A stretch of DNA of 64,000 nt from Pseudomonadota bacterium (GTDB taxonomy: Bacteria; Pseudomonadota; Alphaproteobacteria; Paracaedibacterales; CAIOTO01): contig JAZKDQ010000001.1 of the NCBI GenBank assembly GCA_040387495.1, positions 1-64,000 of the forward strand, in the 5' to 3' direction. A program made the position numbers and the translations under genes. This document shows positions 54,332-64,000 of the stretch, in pieces; position 1 is the first letter of the stretch, and every line of letters begins with the position of its first letter. A model generated the notes under the pieces. The model saw nothing but the letters and a program-made list of their open reading frames with translations, was not told the DNA's origin and searched no databases.

Positions 54332-55519
54332 TTAAATAGTATAAACTTTATTAAACCGATCCCCAAGAGTTACTAGCACATCTCGACTGTCAGTTTGAAT
54401 TTTTTCTGCAATACATTCCAGTGTCATTGCATTATTACACCCTCCAACGAGTGTAGCATGATCTCCCACATTAATATTTGAGATATTTGTAACATTGACA
54501 GTGGTAAGATCCATTGATACGCGACCTATAAAAGGTGCTTTCTGACCGTTAATCATTGCATAAGCATCGGCTTCGCCTAGTCTACGTGATAACCCATCCG
54601 CATAACCCAGTGCGAGCGTGGCAATTTTCATTGGTTTTTCTGTTATAAATGTACAGTTATAACCAACTGAATCTCCAGGATTTAATTCTTGAATTTGCAG
54701 AATTTTTGATTTGATGGTAATGCATGGGATCAAAGGATTTTCAGAATCTTTAAATAATGGGCCATATAATGCTCTGCCTGGCCGTACAACATCATAATGA
54801 TACTCGGCTCCTAAAAGGATTCCATGTGAATTTGCTAATGAAAATTTAGCACCTGAAAAATAATGACGTAATGTGTTAAAGAAGAGCCTTTGCTTTTCAT
54901 TCATAGGGCTCGATGAATCATCTGAGCATGTTAGATGGCTCATAACAAGGGACCAGCTAATATAAGGAAAATCTGTTTCCAATACGCGTTTTAGATCTGC
55001 AGATGATAATCCCAATCTATGCATGCCTGTATTAATATGAAGCGCTGTCCTTAATGAAGTCCCACGAGATTTTGCGAAGTCATGCCAAGAGACAATGGAC
55101 TCATATGTATTTAAAACTGGGGTAAGAGAGTGTACAAAACAAATGCTTGCCCACTCATCATCATAAGGGCCGTTTAAAACATATAAAGTAACGTTTGGCA
55201 TATGTGCACGTAAAATTAATGCTTCTTCTATGTAAGCTACAAAAAAGGCGTTACATCCAGCTTTGTGTAAGGCTACTCCAATAGGAATGTCACCTAGACC
55301 ATAGGCATTTGCTTTTAAAACAGGGTAAACATGTGCCGTATTGCAGATTGATTGCAATGTATTGTAATTGCGCACAATCGCTCCAAGATTAATTTCAAGT
55401 ATGCTTGTGCAATATTGGGTGGGCAGTGATCTTGTTTGTTTTTGTTCAAAGTCAGCAAAACTAAGTTTATTTAGATTTGATTTAGAATCAATCATTTTTG
55501 CAGATGTTGAGTAATTCAT
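54332..55519 (-). CDS. alr: Alanine racemase
   Basis: VLKANAYGLG, INTGMHRLG, MSHL, VRPG, GYADG, GRVSMD. Confidence 0.95.
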   Translation of the reverse strand: MNYSTSAKMIDSKSNLNKLSFADFEQKQTRSLPTQYCTSILEINLGAIVRNYNTLQSICNTAHVYPVLKANAYGLGDIPIGVALHKAGCNAFFVAYIEEALILRAHMPNVTLYVLNGPYDDEWASICFVHSLTPVLNTYESIVSWHDFAKSRGTSLRTALHINTGMHRLGLSSADLKRVLETDFPYISWSLVMSHLTCSDDSSSPMNEKQRLFFNTLRHYFSGAKFSLANSHGILLGAEYHYDVVRPGRALYGPLFKDSENPLIPCITIKSKILQIQELNPGDSVGYNCTFITEKPMKIATLALGYADGLSRRLGEADAYAMINGQKAPFIGRVSMDLTTVNVTNISNINVGDHATLVGGCNNAMTLECIAEKIQTDSRDVLVTLGDRFNKVYTI

Positions 55520-55656
55520 CTATGACTCGAAATTTTAAAATTAGGTTACCATATTAATATGGGGGGTAATTGAGTGTTTTTCAACTTAAAATAATTTATA
55601 TTTATTTGATTAAGACGCCTTAGATGAATTTTGAATGTTCTATTTGCTTCTTTTGT

Positions 55657-55690
55657 AAAAAAAAAGAGAGGGAAGTTTTCTCCTCTCTTT
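55657..55690 (-). terminator. Rho-independent terminator after the DsbA-like gene
   Basis: Plus strand A-run, gagaggga-agtttt-ctcctctcttt. Confidence 0.75.
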
Positions 55691-55723
55691 AATATATTTA
55701 GTTCTAATAAAAGTATTGAATTG

Positions 55724-56656
55724 CTAGTTCTTTTTTGCCGCAGCCTTCTTATCTTCTTTTTTTGGCTCTTCGGCTTTAGCTGCAACTGCTGCTTCTTTTT
55801 CTTCATTTGCTGATGGTTTTGAAATATCTTCGCCGGCTTTGATACGTACAGCTAGCTTGACATAAACTTCTGGCTTCACAGGAGGTGCTGCAAAAAGTGA
55901 GCCGTCTTTATTTTTGAGTAATACTGTTGGCACACCAGGAATTTTAAGTTTTTCAAAGAGAGCAACATTTTCCTCGAGTTGCTTTTGTATTTCTGAAGAT
56001 TCCTCATCAATTTTAAATTTGGCAACATCAATGCCTGACTCTTTGATTATTTCTAAGAGTTTTTCACGTGTGAGGTCGTTAACTTTGTCCGCAAATTTGC
56101 CCATAAGAACTTTGGTCTTATCAGCACTTTGTTTGGCAGAAGCAAGCATTACTTTTGAAACAGCAACAGAATTACCACCAAGAATTGGTGCTACGACAAG
56201 TGTAAATGCTACATCTTTTGATTTATCAAGCGCTGCGATTGCTGTCTTCATGAAATCATGGCAATGTGGGCACATTGGATCAATCATTGCATAGACCTGT
56301 AATGCTGCCTTTGGATCACCCCAAAGAATCGCGTTTTTCTTTATGCCATCTAATTCTGATGTAGCATTCTTTTCAAGATCACGTGATGCTTTTTCTTGTT
56401 GTAATTGCATGCCATCGTTTATAGCTTTCATAAACACATCTGTTTTTTCACGGGCAACTTTAACAACAATTTCTTCAATTGCTTTTGTTTGGTCTGCAGT
56501 GAAAGCTGAGCTGGTTCCTGCTGATGTTGTCTGCATCTCATTTTTTGTTGCACTTGATTTGTTTCCAACACTTAGATAAATTCCAATCGCAACAACAGCG
56601 ATAACAACGACGCCAATAATGATCTTCATTGTTGAATCATTTTCTTGATTTTTCAT
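55724..56656 (-). CDS. DsbA/Com1-like thioredoxin-fold protein, membrane anchored
   Basis: N-terminal TM, DPMCPHC, IPGVPT cis-Pro loop. Confidence 0.88.
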   Translation of the reverse strand: MKNQENDSTMKIIIGVVVIAVVAIGIYLSVGNKSSATKNEMQTTSAGTSSAFTADQTKAIEEIVVKVAREKTDVFMKAINDGMQLQQEKASRDLEKNATSELDGIKKNAILWGDPKAALQVYAMIDPMCPHCHDFMKTAIAALDKSKDVAFTLVVAPILGGNSVAVSKVMLASAKQSADKTKVLMGKFADKVNDLTREKLLEIIKESGIDVAKFKIDEESSEIQKQLEENVALFEKLKIPGVPTVLLKNKDGSLFAAPPVKPEVYVKLAVRIKAGEDISKPSANEEKEAAVAAKAEEPKKEDKKAAAKKN

Positions 56657-56727
56657 TCCACACCTTAAAAAGTATTAATTTAACTAAATTCATTTTAAAT
56701 GCATATATTTTAAATGCAAGACCTTTT

Positions 56728-56743
56728 TGGCATGCAAATTGCA
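56728..56743 (+). promoter_or_regulatory. Sigma-54 (-24/-12) promoter of the fliK-flgD-flgE operon
   Basis: TGGCAT-GCAAA-TTGCA, ~40 nt upstream of ATG 56785. Confidence 0.8.
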
Positions 56744-56784
56744 TTACTTCTCAGCAAGCAGTCTTCCATGTAGGAAAATGATAA

Positions 56785-58119
56785 ATGAGCATTAGAGATG
56801 TATCTAATTTAAATGTTAAAACCCCACAAGAAAATGAGTTTGTTGCAAATCTTAGAGCAATAAATTCAGCTGTAAATCCAGCTGTTTTTCAAGATAAATT
56901 GGTTAATTCTCTCGGTAACGATAGTTTTAAATCGGTCTTATCTGATTCAAAAGAAACAGATTGCGTGAAAGCAAAAGTTAAATCATCCTCGCAAAACAAC
57001 TCTGATAAGCAAGATGTAAAAAGAACAGAGAAGAACGTTGAAAAAATAGATGATAAAAAAGCCGAAAAAGTTTTATCTGACTCTGCTTCATTTTTTCATC
57101 AAAAATTATCGCAAAGTGCCGTAATTGAATCAGATATTTTTACAGCTCCCCTTAGTTCAGATTTTTCTGCTTTTGATATTGATGATCTTTCTTTAACCAG
57201 AGAATTTTGGGAATCTGACAACCCTTTTGGTGTTAAGCAGGATGCACAACAGCAATTGCTTTTGGAGGATTCCATGATTAGACCTGTTGGCTTTTCAGAA
57301 TCTATTGCTATGCAAAACTTACTGGCGCAGACAAATCATGAAAGCAAACAAGCTGCTGGGCAAGAAAGCCTGTCGATGAGTGATGGTGATACTCAAATTG
57401 ATATGAGCCCAGGAAGAGCTGTTGTTAATATGCATGCTGATCAACGCATGGATGCAGAAGCCCTTAAGAATATCCAGGCAGAACAGAAAGCTGGCATGCC
57501 GCAAATTATTATTTCTACAACAAAGCCGGTGCAAAACATGAGCCCTTTGGTTACCCCAATTTTGATTTCAAATTATGATTCAGACAATAAATCCTTGTTC
57601 GAAATAGATTCTGAGTTAGGTATAGATGTTGGAAGCACTACTACCAAGCCAATTTCATTTGCTGAGTCATCGCAGCACCAGAAACAATTATTAAATAAAA
57701 ACACTGAAGATGGAATGGATGATAATCCTGAGAAATCCTTTGATGGCACAGACAGTCACACACAGCAGGTGTCAGCAAATGCAGCAGATTCAGTTCAAAG
57801 AACTGTAGCTGTACAAAAACTTACTCAGATTATTAGAGATCGTGCTCAAGATGCTATGGATAAAAGTAAAAATGATATGACTATTAATGTTAAAGGAATT
57901 CAGACAACGCTTGGTGAAGTTGAGTTGGATTTGAAGATTAACAATAAAAAGATAAGCATTAGGCTTTCGAGTGAAAGCAAAGATATGCAAACGTTACTCA
58001 CGCAAGAGCGTTCTAAAATTGTATCCATTTTGAATGGATTGATTGATTCAACGGCAGTATCCGAATATTCATTAGCTGATATTCCTGTTGAAGTCTGTCA
58101 TAAAGAAAAGGAGCTATAA
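56785..58119 (+). CDS. fliK: Putative flagellar hook-length control protein (FliK-like)
   Basis: Long low-complexity region followed by LGEVELDLKINNKKISIRLSSESKDMQTLL; immediately upstream of flgD-flgE. Confidence 0.6.
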   Translation: MSIRDVSNLNVKTPQENEFVANLRAINSAVNPAVFQDKLVNSLGNDSFKSVLSDSKETDCVKAKVKSSSQNNSDKQDVKRTEKNVEKIDDKKAEKVLSDSASFFHQKLSQSAVIESDIFTAPLSSDFSAFDIDDLSLTREFWESDNPFGVKQDAQQQLLLEDSMIRPVGFSESIAMQNLLAQTNHESKQAAGQESLSMSDGDTQIDMSPGRAVVNMHADQRMDAEALKNIQAEQKAGMPQIIISTTKPVQNMSPLVTPILISNYDSDNKSLFEIDSELGIDVGSTTTKPISFAESSQHQKQLLNKNTEDGMDDNPEKSFDGTDSHTQQVSANAADSVQRTVAVQKLTQIIRDRAQDAMDKSKNDMTINVKGIQTTLGEVELDLKINNKKISIRLSSESKDMQTLLTQERSKIVSILNGLIDSTAVSEYSLADIPVEVCHKEKEL

Positions 58120-58122
58120 AAC

Positions 58123-59073
58123 ATGTCTATGCCACTTAGTAGTTCAACATACAGTGCAAATCCACTCAAATTCGATCCAGCTACACGATTAGATGACGAT
58201 GCCAAAAAGGCAAAAGATAAAGAAGAAGCTGCAGGCTTTAGCTTTAAAGAATTTACAAATAAATTTGCGAGTAAAGATGCTGCTCCTGGAATGCATAATG
58301 CTGTTACAAAAACGACTGAATCACAGTTGGATTTTGCGCAGAAGCTTCTTTTAAAGCAATTGCAGTGCCAAACTCCTGACAACTCATTTGATCCAAATCA
58401 AATGATGGAATCAATGATGGGAATGCTCACGATTGCACAAAATAGCGAGCTAGTTAGTATGCAAAAAGAAAATATGGAACTGCAGAAGGCATTGTTTTAC
58501 ACATCATTAAGTACATTTGAAGGTGAAACTGTTGAGCATTCAGGAAATATGTTTGATTACCAAAATGAAGACCAAGAAATTGTGTTTAATTTACCTGCAA
58601 AAACTGAAGAAGCAGTTCTTCGTATTTATGCAGGAGATAAGCATGTTAGGACTGTGCCACTTGATGAGAAAAAAGTTGGTCGGAATTCTGTTACATGGGA
58701 TGGAATAATGGATAATGATGATGGTGATGATGTGGTCAAATATGCCCCTAAAGGAATATACACAGTTTTCATAACAGCAAGAGATATTAATAATGATCCA
58801 ATTGATGTGAATACTCGCTTGAAAAGTCGTATTACAGACATTGCATACGATGAAAATGAACTAGCTTTACCTATGTCGGGTGATATTCCAATTTATGATA
58901 TTAAGCGTCGTTCGATGATTAAAAAAGCAACTGAAGGGTATCAAAAAGTTGTAAGCAGGCAAATTCAAGATGCCTCTAGCCAAACAATGGATGATGCTGG
59001 GATGCAAAAATTAATAAGCCTAAATAATGAACATTCCTACCCAGATGGGGATGTTGGGTTTAAATATTTTTAA
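58123..59073 (+). CDS. flgD: Flagellar hook capping protein FlgD
   Basis: KLLLKQLQCQTPDNSFD, VTWDG, APKGIYTV. Confidence 0.85.
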   Translation: MSMPLSSSTYSANPLKFDPATRLDDDAKKAKDKEEAAGFSFKEFTNKFASKDAAPGMHNAVTKTTESQLDFAQKLLLKQLQCQTPDNSFDPNQMMESMMGMLTIAQNSELVSMQKENMELQKALFYTSLSTFEGETVEHSGNMFDYQNEDQEIVFNLPAKTEEAVLRIYAGDKHVRTVPLDEKKVGRNSVTWDGIMDNDDGDDVVKYAPKGIYTVFITARDINNDPIDVNTRLKSRITDIAYDENELALPMSGDIPIYDIKRRSMIKKATEGYQKVVSRQIQDASSQTMDDAGMQKLISLNNEHSYPDGDVGFKYF

Positions 59074-59117
59074 CTTTAATGAATTAACAAATAATAAATA
59101 AAAAATAGGAGAACTTT

Positions 59118-60395
59118 ATGGGTGGAACGAATATAAGCACCTCAGCTGTAAATGCATGTAATAAGCGTTTTGATACGCAGGCATTAAATATGGCTTCATC
59201 AGCCGCCGTTGCTGGCAAGACAACAGGTAATTTTATCATGACCTATCAAACGAAAGATGCACAAGGTGTTCAGGGAATCAACCTTCGCTATCTTAATCAA
59301 GTAGGGGCAGCGCAGAAAGCTGTTTATGCAACTAATTTTTCAATTGCCGGGCAAGGCATGGCTGTTGTTCGAAATCAGCCAGGGGACACAGGTACTATTG
59401 GGATGGTCCGTGATTGTACTTTTCGTCCCGATAAAAATAAAGATTTTGTCAATAACGTTGGCCAATATTTACAAGTCTTCTTGACAGATGCAAGTGGCAA
59501 TCCACTAGATTCTGATGTAGTAACGACTAATAATCTGGTGACACTTAATACTGGTAATATTGCTCAATCTGCACAAGCAACAAAAACGGCAACTGCGAAA
59601 GTTTTATTAAGTGCAGAAGCAGTAGCTGGCACTACTTATCCAATGATTATCCCTATTATAGATTCTCTTGGAAACGCTCGGAATATTACAGGAACATGGA
59701 CTAAGACGAGTGATGTAGCACAAACCCCTGATGGGCAACAAGTATGGACATTAACATTTCAAGATTTAAAAATTCCTGGAGGAACAGTTGGTGCACCATA
59801 TGATACTGGTATTGCCGTAGAGTTTGATAACACTGGCTTGCCAGCTGGATATTATCCAGCAGGAACGGTTCCTGCTTTTCCGGCAGCAAATACACCGCCA
59901 GCACTGAGTATTACTGGATGGCCAAATGGAGCAGAAGATTCAGGAATAACCCTTAACCTTGGAACAGTTGGTGGAAATGATGGAGTAATCGTCTCTGGTA
60001 GTACTTTTCAAACCACAAGTGTTCAAGCAGATGGATATGCAGCAGGAAATCTTGCTAATTTTGAATTCACTAAAGACGGATTTGGTCTTGTACATTTCAC
60101 CAATGGTCAGCAGGCAAAGTATTGTAAAATTCCTCTTGCTGTATTTAACAATGTAAACGGACTATTGGAATATGTTCCAGGTGTTTACCAACAAACAGCT
60201 GAATCTGGAGCATTTAATTTCTTTTTTCCAGGGTATGGAGGTGCAGGTGAATTAGTACCAGAAACTTATGAAGGTTCAACAGTGGATGGGACACAAGTGT
60301 ATCTTGATATGCTTGATACACAGCGTGTATTTACGGGTAATTTGAAGGCAATTGAAGTTGATAAAGAGATGAACAAACAGCTAATGAATATTTAA
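59118..60395 (+). CDS. flgE: Flagellar hook protein FlgE, divergent
   Basis: SIAGQG, IIDSLG, ADGYAAGNL, FTNGQ, IPLAVFNNVNGL, QTAESG, EGSTVD. Confidence 0.85.
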   Translation: MGGTNISTSAVNACNKRFDTQALNMASSAAVAGKTTGNFIMTYQTKDAQGVQGINLRYLNQVGAAQKAVYATNFSIAGQGMAVVRNQPGDTGTIGMVRDCTFRPDKNKDFVNNVGQYLQVFLTDASGNPLDSDVVTTNNLVTLNTGNIAQSAQATKTATAKVLLSAEAVAGTTYPMIIPIIDSLGNARNITGTWTKTSDVAQTPDGQQVWTLTFQDLKIPGGTVGAPYDTGIAVEFDNTGLPAGYYPAGTVPAFPAANTPPALSITGWPNGAEDSGITLNLGTVGGNDGVIVSGSTFQTTSVQADGYAAGNLANFEFTKDGFGLVHFTNGQQAKYCKIPLAVFNNVNGLLEYVPGVYQQTAESGAFNFFFPGYGGAGELVPETYEGSTVDGTQVYLDMLDTQRVFTGNLKAIEVDKEMNKQLMNI

Positions 60396-60597
60396 TTTTC
60401 ATTGTTAGTATTATATTAATAATGTTTGTGTATTGTGAGAAATAGCAAGTAATATCACTTGTTATTTTTCATTTAGGTGATTTTATTATTCACATTTTTT
60501 ATGTTTAACAATTAAATGAAAATACAGTGATTCTTGAGAGATAATACTGGTAGTGCATACCTATAAAAGATTTTTTATAGAGAAAAGGATATCTTTA

Positions 60598-62466
60598 ATG
60601 GCCAGCGCACATGCAGCTAAACACAAACGATCCTTACTTATTGGTGCCATTGGTGTGGTATATGGTGATATAGGCACAAGTCCGCTTTATGCGCTCAAAA
60701 GTTGTTTTTTAATCAGCGGTATTCCTGTAACGGCTCCACATGTGTTGGGTTTAATTTCACTTCTTCTTTGGTCACTTTTTATTGTTGTTACGCTTAAATA
60801 TATAAAACTTGTGATGCCTGTTGATCATGATAATGAAGGCGGAATTTTGGCGCTTTCCGCGCGTTGCTTGTCTTTAAAGATAAAGCACTTAAATAAGCCT
60901 GTCTTACTTTTAGGCCTCATTGGGGTCTCTCTTTTCTTTGGCGATTGTATTATCACACCTGCCATATCTGTTTTAAGCGCTATTGAAGGCATTAAATTTA
61001 TTTCACCTACGTTTTCGCCATATATTTTGCCCTTATCCATTGCTACTATTATTTTGTTATTTTTAATTCAGAAAAATGGCAGCGGACATATTGGGCGTTA
61101 TTTTGGCGTAGTAATGATTGTTTGGTTTAGTGTTATTGGATTTATGGGATTTACAAACATTGCTCATAATATAGCAATTTTGAAAGCACTGAATCCCTAT
61201 TATGCTTTGCATTTTTTGACGACAAATGGACATGTAGGTTTCTTGGCTGTTGGAGGTGTCATTTTAGTTGTTACAGGTGCTGAAGCTTTGTACGCAGATA
61301 TGGGGCACTTTGGCAGACGTTCTATTCAATTATGCTGGACATTTTTTGTATTTCCATCGCTTGTTCTAAATTACTTAGGACAAGGTGCGTTTTTATTAAG
61401 CCATCCAGAAGCTATTTCAAATCCATTTTATTTGATGGTGCCAGGCGCTGCGTTATATCCGCTCGTTATACTCTCAACAATTGCGACGGTTATTGCCTCT
61501 CAAGCTGTTATCTCTGGAATTTTTTCGCTTGGTTGGCAAGCGATTATGTTAAATTATCTGCCGCGCATGAATGTCATTCATACGTCAGAAAAACAATTCG
61601 GACAGGTTTATGTTCCGGTTATTAATAGTATTTTATTTGTGCTTACCATAGTGACCATCTTGATTTTTAAAACATCTGATAATTTGGCGTCTGCTTATGG
61701 GCTTAGTGTTTCTAGTATTATGTTAATTACGACATTCTTAATTCTTATTCATGCGTTATATGAATTAAAATGGAATATTTATAAGATCTTTCTTGTTTTT
61801 GTTCCCTTGTTTCTTTTAGATGCTACTTTCTTTTTATGCAGCATCGCAAAGTTATTAGATGGTGCTTGGTGTACCGTTCTTGTTACAGGTATTGTCTTTT
61901 TCCTTATTTACACCTGGATAAAAGGAAATCAAGGTTTGGTGCCGCAGAGAAACAATACACAGGCAGACGTAAATACGTATTTAGTGAAGCATTTTAAAAA
62001 GCATGATATACGCATTCCAGGTGTAGCTATCTTCCTGAGTCGCATGCCGGGCACGATTCCAAAATCACTTTCTGTGCACTTACAACATAATAAACTGCTG
62101 CATGAAAAGGTTTTTCTAATTTCAATTTTAACAAAAAACGTACCGCATATTGCTATTGCAAAACGTTTTGTTGTGAGTGAGCTGTTTCCTAATGTTTTTC
62201 AAATTACCGCAAATTTTGGTTTCAAAGAAGTTCCTGACATACACAAAATTATGCGATGGGTAAACGAGCAAGGTTTGGTGGAGCATGATGCTGAAATATG
62301 CTATTTCATGAGCCGTAGTATTCTCATTTTTGGAAAGCATTCAGCGTTAAAAGCGTTGCAGGCGCACCTCTTTCGTTTGCTTTGTAACACGTCACAAAAT
62401 GCAACCGAGTTTTATCGTATACCTCATTCGAAAGTGATTGAGTTGGGATTGCATTATAAGATTTAA
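60598..62466 (+). CDS. kup: KUP/HAK/KT potassium transporter
   Basis: GVVYGDIGTSPLYA, EGGILAL, TPAISVLSA, GAEALYADMGHF, IASQAVISG. Confidence 0.97.
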   Translation: MASAHAAKHKRSLLIGAIGVVYGDIGTSPLYALKSCFLISGIPVTAPHVLGLISLLLWSLFIVVTLKYIKLVMPVDHDNEGGILALSARCLSLKIKHLNKPVLLLGLIGVSLFFGDCIITPAISVLSAIEGIKFISPTFSPYILPLSIATIILLFLIQKNGSGHIGRYFGVVMIVWFSVIGFMGFTNIAHNIAILKALNPYYALHFLTTNGHVGFLAVGGVILVVTGAEALYADMGHFGRRSIQLCWTFFVFPSLVLNYLGQGAFLLSHPEAISNPFYLMVPGAALYPLVILSTIATVIASQAVISGIFSLGWQAIMLNYLPRMNVIHTSEKQFGQVYVPVINSILFVLTIVTILIFKTSDNLASAYGLSVSSIMLITTFLILIHALYELKWNIYKIFLVFVPLFLLDATFFLCSIAKLLDGAWCTVLVTGIVFFLIYTWIKGNQGLVPQRNNTQADVNTYLVKHFKKHDIRIPGVAIFLSRMPGTIPKSLSVHLQHNKLLHEKVFLISILTKNVPHIAIAKRFVVSELFPNVFQITANFGFKEVPDIHKIMRWVNEQGLVEHDAEICYFMSRSILIFGKHSALKALQAHLFRLLCNTSQNATEFYRIPHSKVIELGLHYKI

Positions 62467-62484
62467 AGGTTGTTAACAAGCTTA

Positions 62485-62530
62485 AATTCTTTCTTGCCAT
62501 TCCAGCGTAGACGGGAATGACAAGGGAATT
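62485..62530. repeat. Short REP-like hairpin between convergent genes
   Basis: cttgccattcc-agcgtagacg-ggaatgacaag, extended by aattc/gaatt. Confidence 0.6.
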
Positions 62531-62534
62531 GGAA

Positions 62535-64000
62535 TTACTTAAATAACCCATTGATCCACGCAAGGAATGTTGTGCAAGCACCATGGCTTTTTGTTTTAGA
62601 TGTATTTTGTATAGCTGTGCCCATGGAATTTTGAATCACTTTGTCTTTTTCAGGATCAATCCACCAAGCGGATGTGTAGGGCTGGGGGTAATATGTCGGA
62701 TGTAACCCAGGCTTTCCAAAACGATCCCAATGCGCACTTGTAATCTCACCTCTGTAGTAATGCGGAATCATAATGTATGAACTCATCAATACACGGTCTA
62801 ATGCTCTCACAGCTGTTATCAGTGTTTCATAGTTAGGTGCGTCGGCAATTTTTTCACATAAATCATCAACCGCTGGATTTTTAAGTCCTGTATAATTTTG
62901 TCCCCCTTTAAGATCAGCTGCCTTCGTTCCCCAGAACGTACGTTGTTCGTTTCCAGGGGTAATTGATTGAGGAAGACCCATTACAATCATATCGTAATCA
63001 TACCCATCCATACGTTCCATATAGCTACCTGTATCAAGGGTACGTACGTTCATTTCAATACCAATGTCTGCCAGACAACGTTTGAAATGAAGTGCAACTT
63101 TTTCCATAGCTGGGTCCGCTCCTAAGAATTCAAACATAAATGGTTTTTTTGTAGTTGCATTGATAAGCTTACCATTAATCAAATGCCAACCCGCTTCTGC
63201 CAATAATGCGAGTGATTGCTTGCGAATATTACGGGTCTCCGTGGCGTCATTATGCATTGGTAATATGATAGGAGTTGTGAAAATTTCTGCACGTAGCTTC
63301 TCTTTGAACGGTGTTAATAAGGCAAGTTCATTATCTGTTGGTACACCTTTTTGAGTAAATGGTGAGTTAGGGAAGAAGCTTTCGCTACGTTTGTATTGGT
63401 TGTAAAATAAATTTTTATTGAGCCATGTAAAATCAAATAAATCAGAAATTGCTTTTCGAACACGCCAATCAGAAAAAATGGGCTTGCGAAGGTTAAATGC
63501 AAAACCTTGGGTGGCTTCTGGGTTTTTGTGAATGGTTACTTCTTTTTTCACAAGACCATTTTTCACCGCATCAAAACTATATCCTGTTACCCATTGTTTT
63601 GATATATTTTCATAACGCAAATCAGCTTTTCCTGCTTTAAATGCTTCGAACATAGCGGTAGAGTCACGGTAATAATCTATAATGATTCGATCAAAATTGT
63701 TTTGTCCTTTTTGTGAAGGAAGTTCTTCTCCCCACCAGTTTTTGATTCGTTCAAATATGATGCGTCGACCGAATTCAGTTTTTGCAACACGATAAGGTCC
63801 ACTCGATGGTGCCGGTGTGACAAGTGTTTTTGAAAAATCATGTACAGAAAAGAATTTTTTGGATAAAACGGCTAATTGTCCTAATATTGAAGGAAGCTCT
63901 AAACTTTTTGTGTTGGATAAATGAAATTTAACAGCATGACTTGATATTTTTTCAACATGACTGACATCTTTGTAATAGCTGCGGTACATAGGGTGGCCTT
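62535..64000 (-). CDS. ABC transporter peptide-binding protein (family 5, YejA-like); 5' end outside the window
   Basis: SGPY, YYRD, FAFNLRKPIFSDWRVRKA, PGNEQRTFWG, RALDRVL; frame open to the right edge. Confidence 0.9.
   Translation of the reverse strand, partial: GHPMYRSYYKDVSHVEKISSHAVKFHLSNTKSLELPSILGQLAVLSKKFFSVHDFSKTLVTPAPSSGPYRVAKTEFGRRIIFERIKNWWGEELPSQKGQNNFDRIIIDYYRDSTAMFEAFKAGKADLRYENISKQWVTGYSFDAVKNGLVKKEVTIHKNPEATQGFAFNLRKPIFSDWRVRKAISDLFDFTWLNKNLFYNQYKRSESFFPNSPFTQKGVPTDNELALLTPFKEKLRAEIFTTPIILPMHNDATETRNIRKQSLALLAEAGWHLINGKLINATTKKPFMFEFLGADPAMEKVALHFKRCLADIGIEMNVRTLDTGSYMERMDGYDYDMIVMGLPQSITPGNEQRTFWGTKAADLKGGQNYTGLKNPAVDDLCEKIADAPNYETLITAVRALDRVLMSSYIMIPHYYRGEITSAHWDRFGKPGLHPTYYPQPYTSAWWIDPEKDKVIQNSMGTAIQNTSKTKSHGACTTFLAWINGLFK

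Overview
AT-rich alphaproteobacterial chromosome segment. Gene content and style suggest a host-associated lineage such as Holosporales; this is inference only. Core genes: tpiA, rpmE-uvrD, dsbD-like, emrAB-like efflux, a DAACS symporter, tRNA-Trp-secE-nusG-rplKAJL-rpoBC, trkH, rpsT, mlaE, alr, a DsbA-like gene, kup and a YejA-like binding protein. Two highly divergent flagellar operons carry sigma-54 promoters (flgI-flgJ-flgN-like-flgK-flgL-fliW; fliK-like-flgD-flgE). Orphan genes, mostly with signal peptides, lie between the core genes. Main findings: (1) at two loci, orphan cargo genes are stacked between partial, synonymously diverged second copies of neighbouring core genes (a helicase-5'::tpiA-3' chimera; a duplicated symporter 3' end), suggesting additive integration of foreign alleles through homologous flanks. 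(2) A 14-repeat Sel1 gene is out of frame at a G9 tract. (3) A giant multi-module autotransporter-like adhesin gene is broken by an apparent 8-nt deletion and faces two paralogous Ig-like secreted proteins whose promoters share a CtrA-type box. (4) FlgI carries a ~130-aa Gln-rich insertion. (5) Several families of palindromic REP/MITE-like elements occur.
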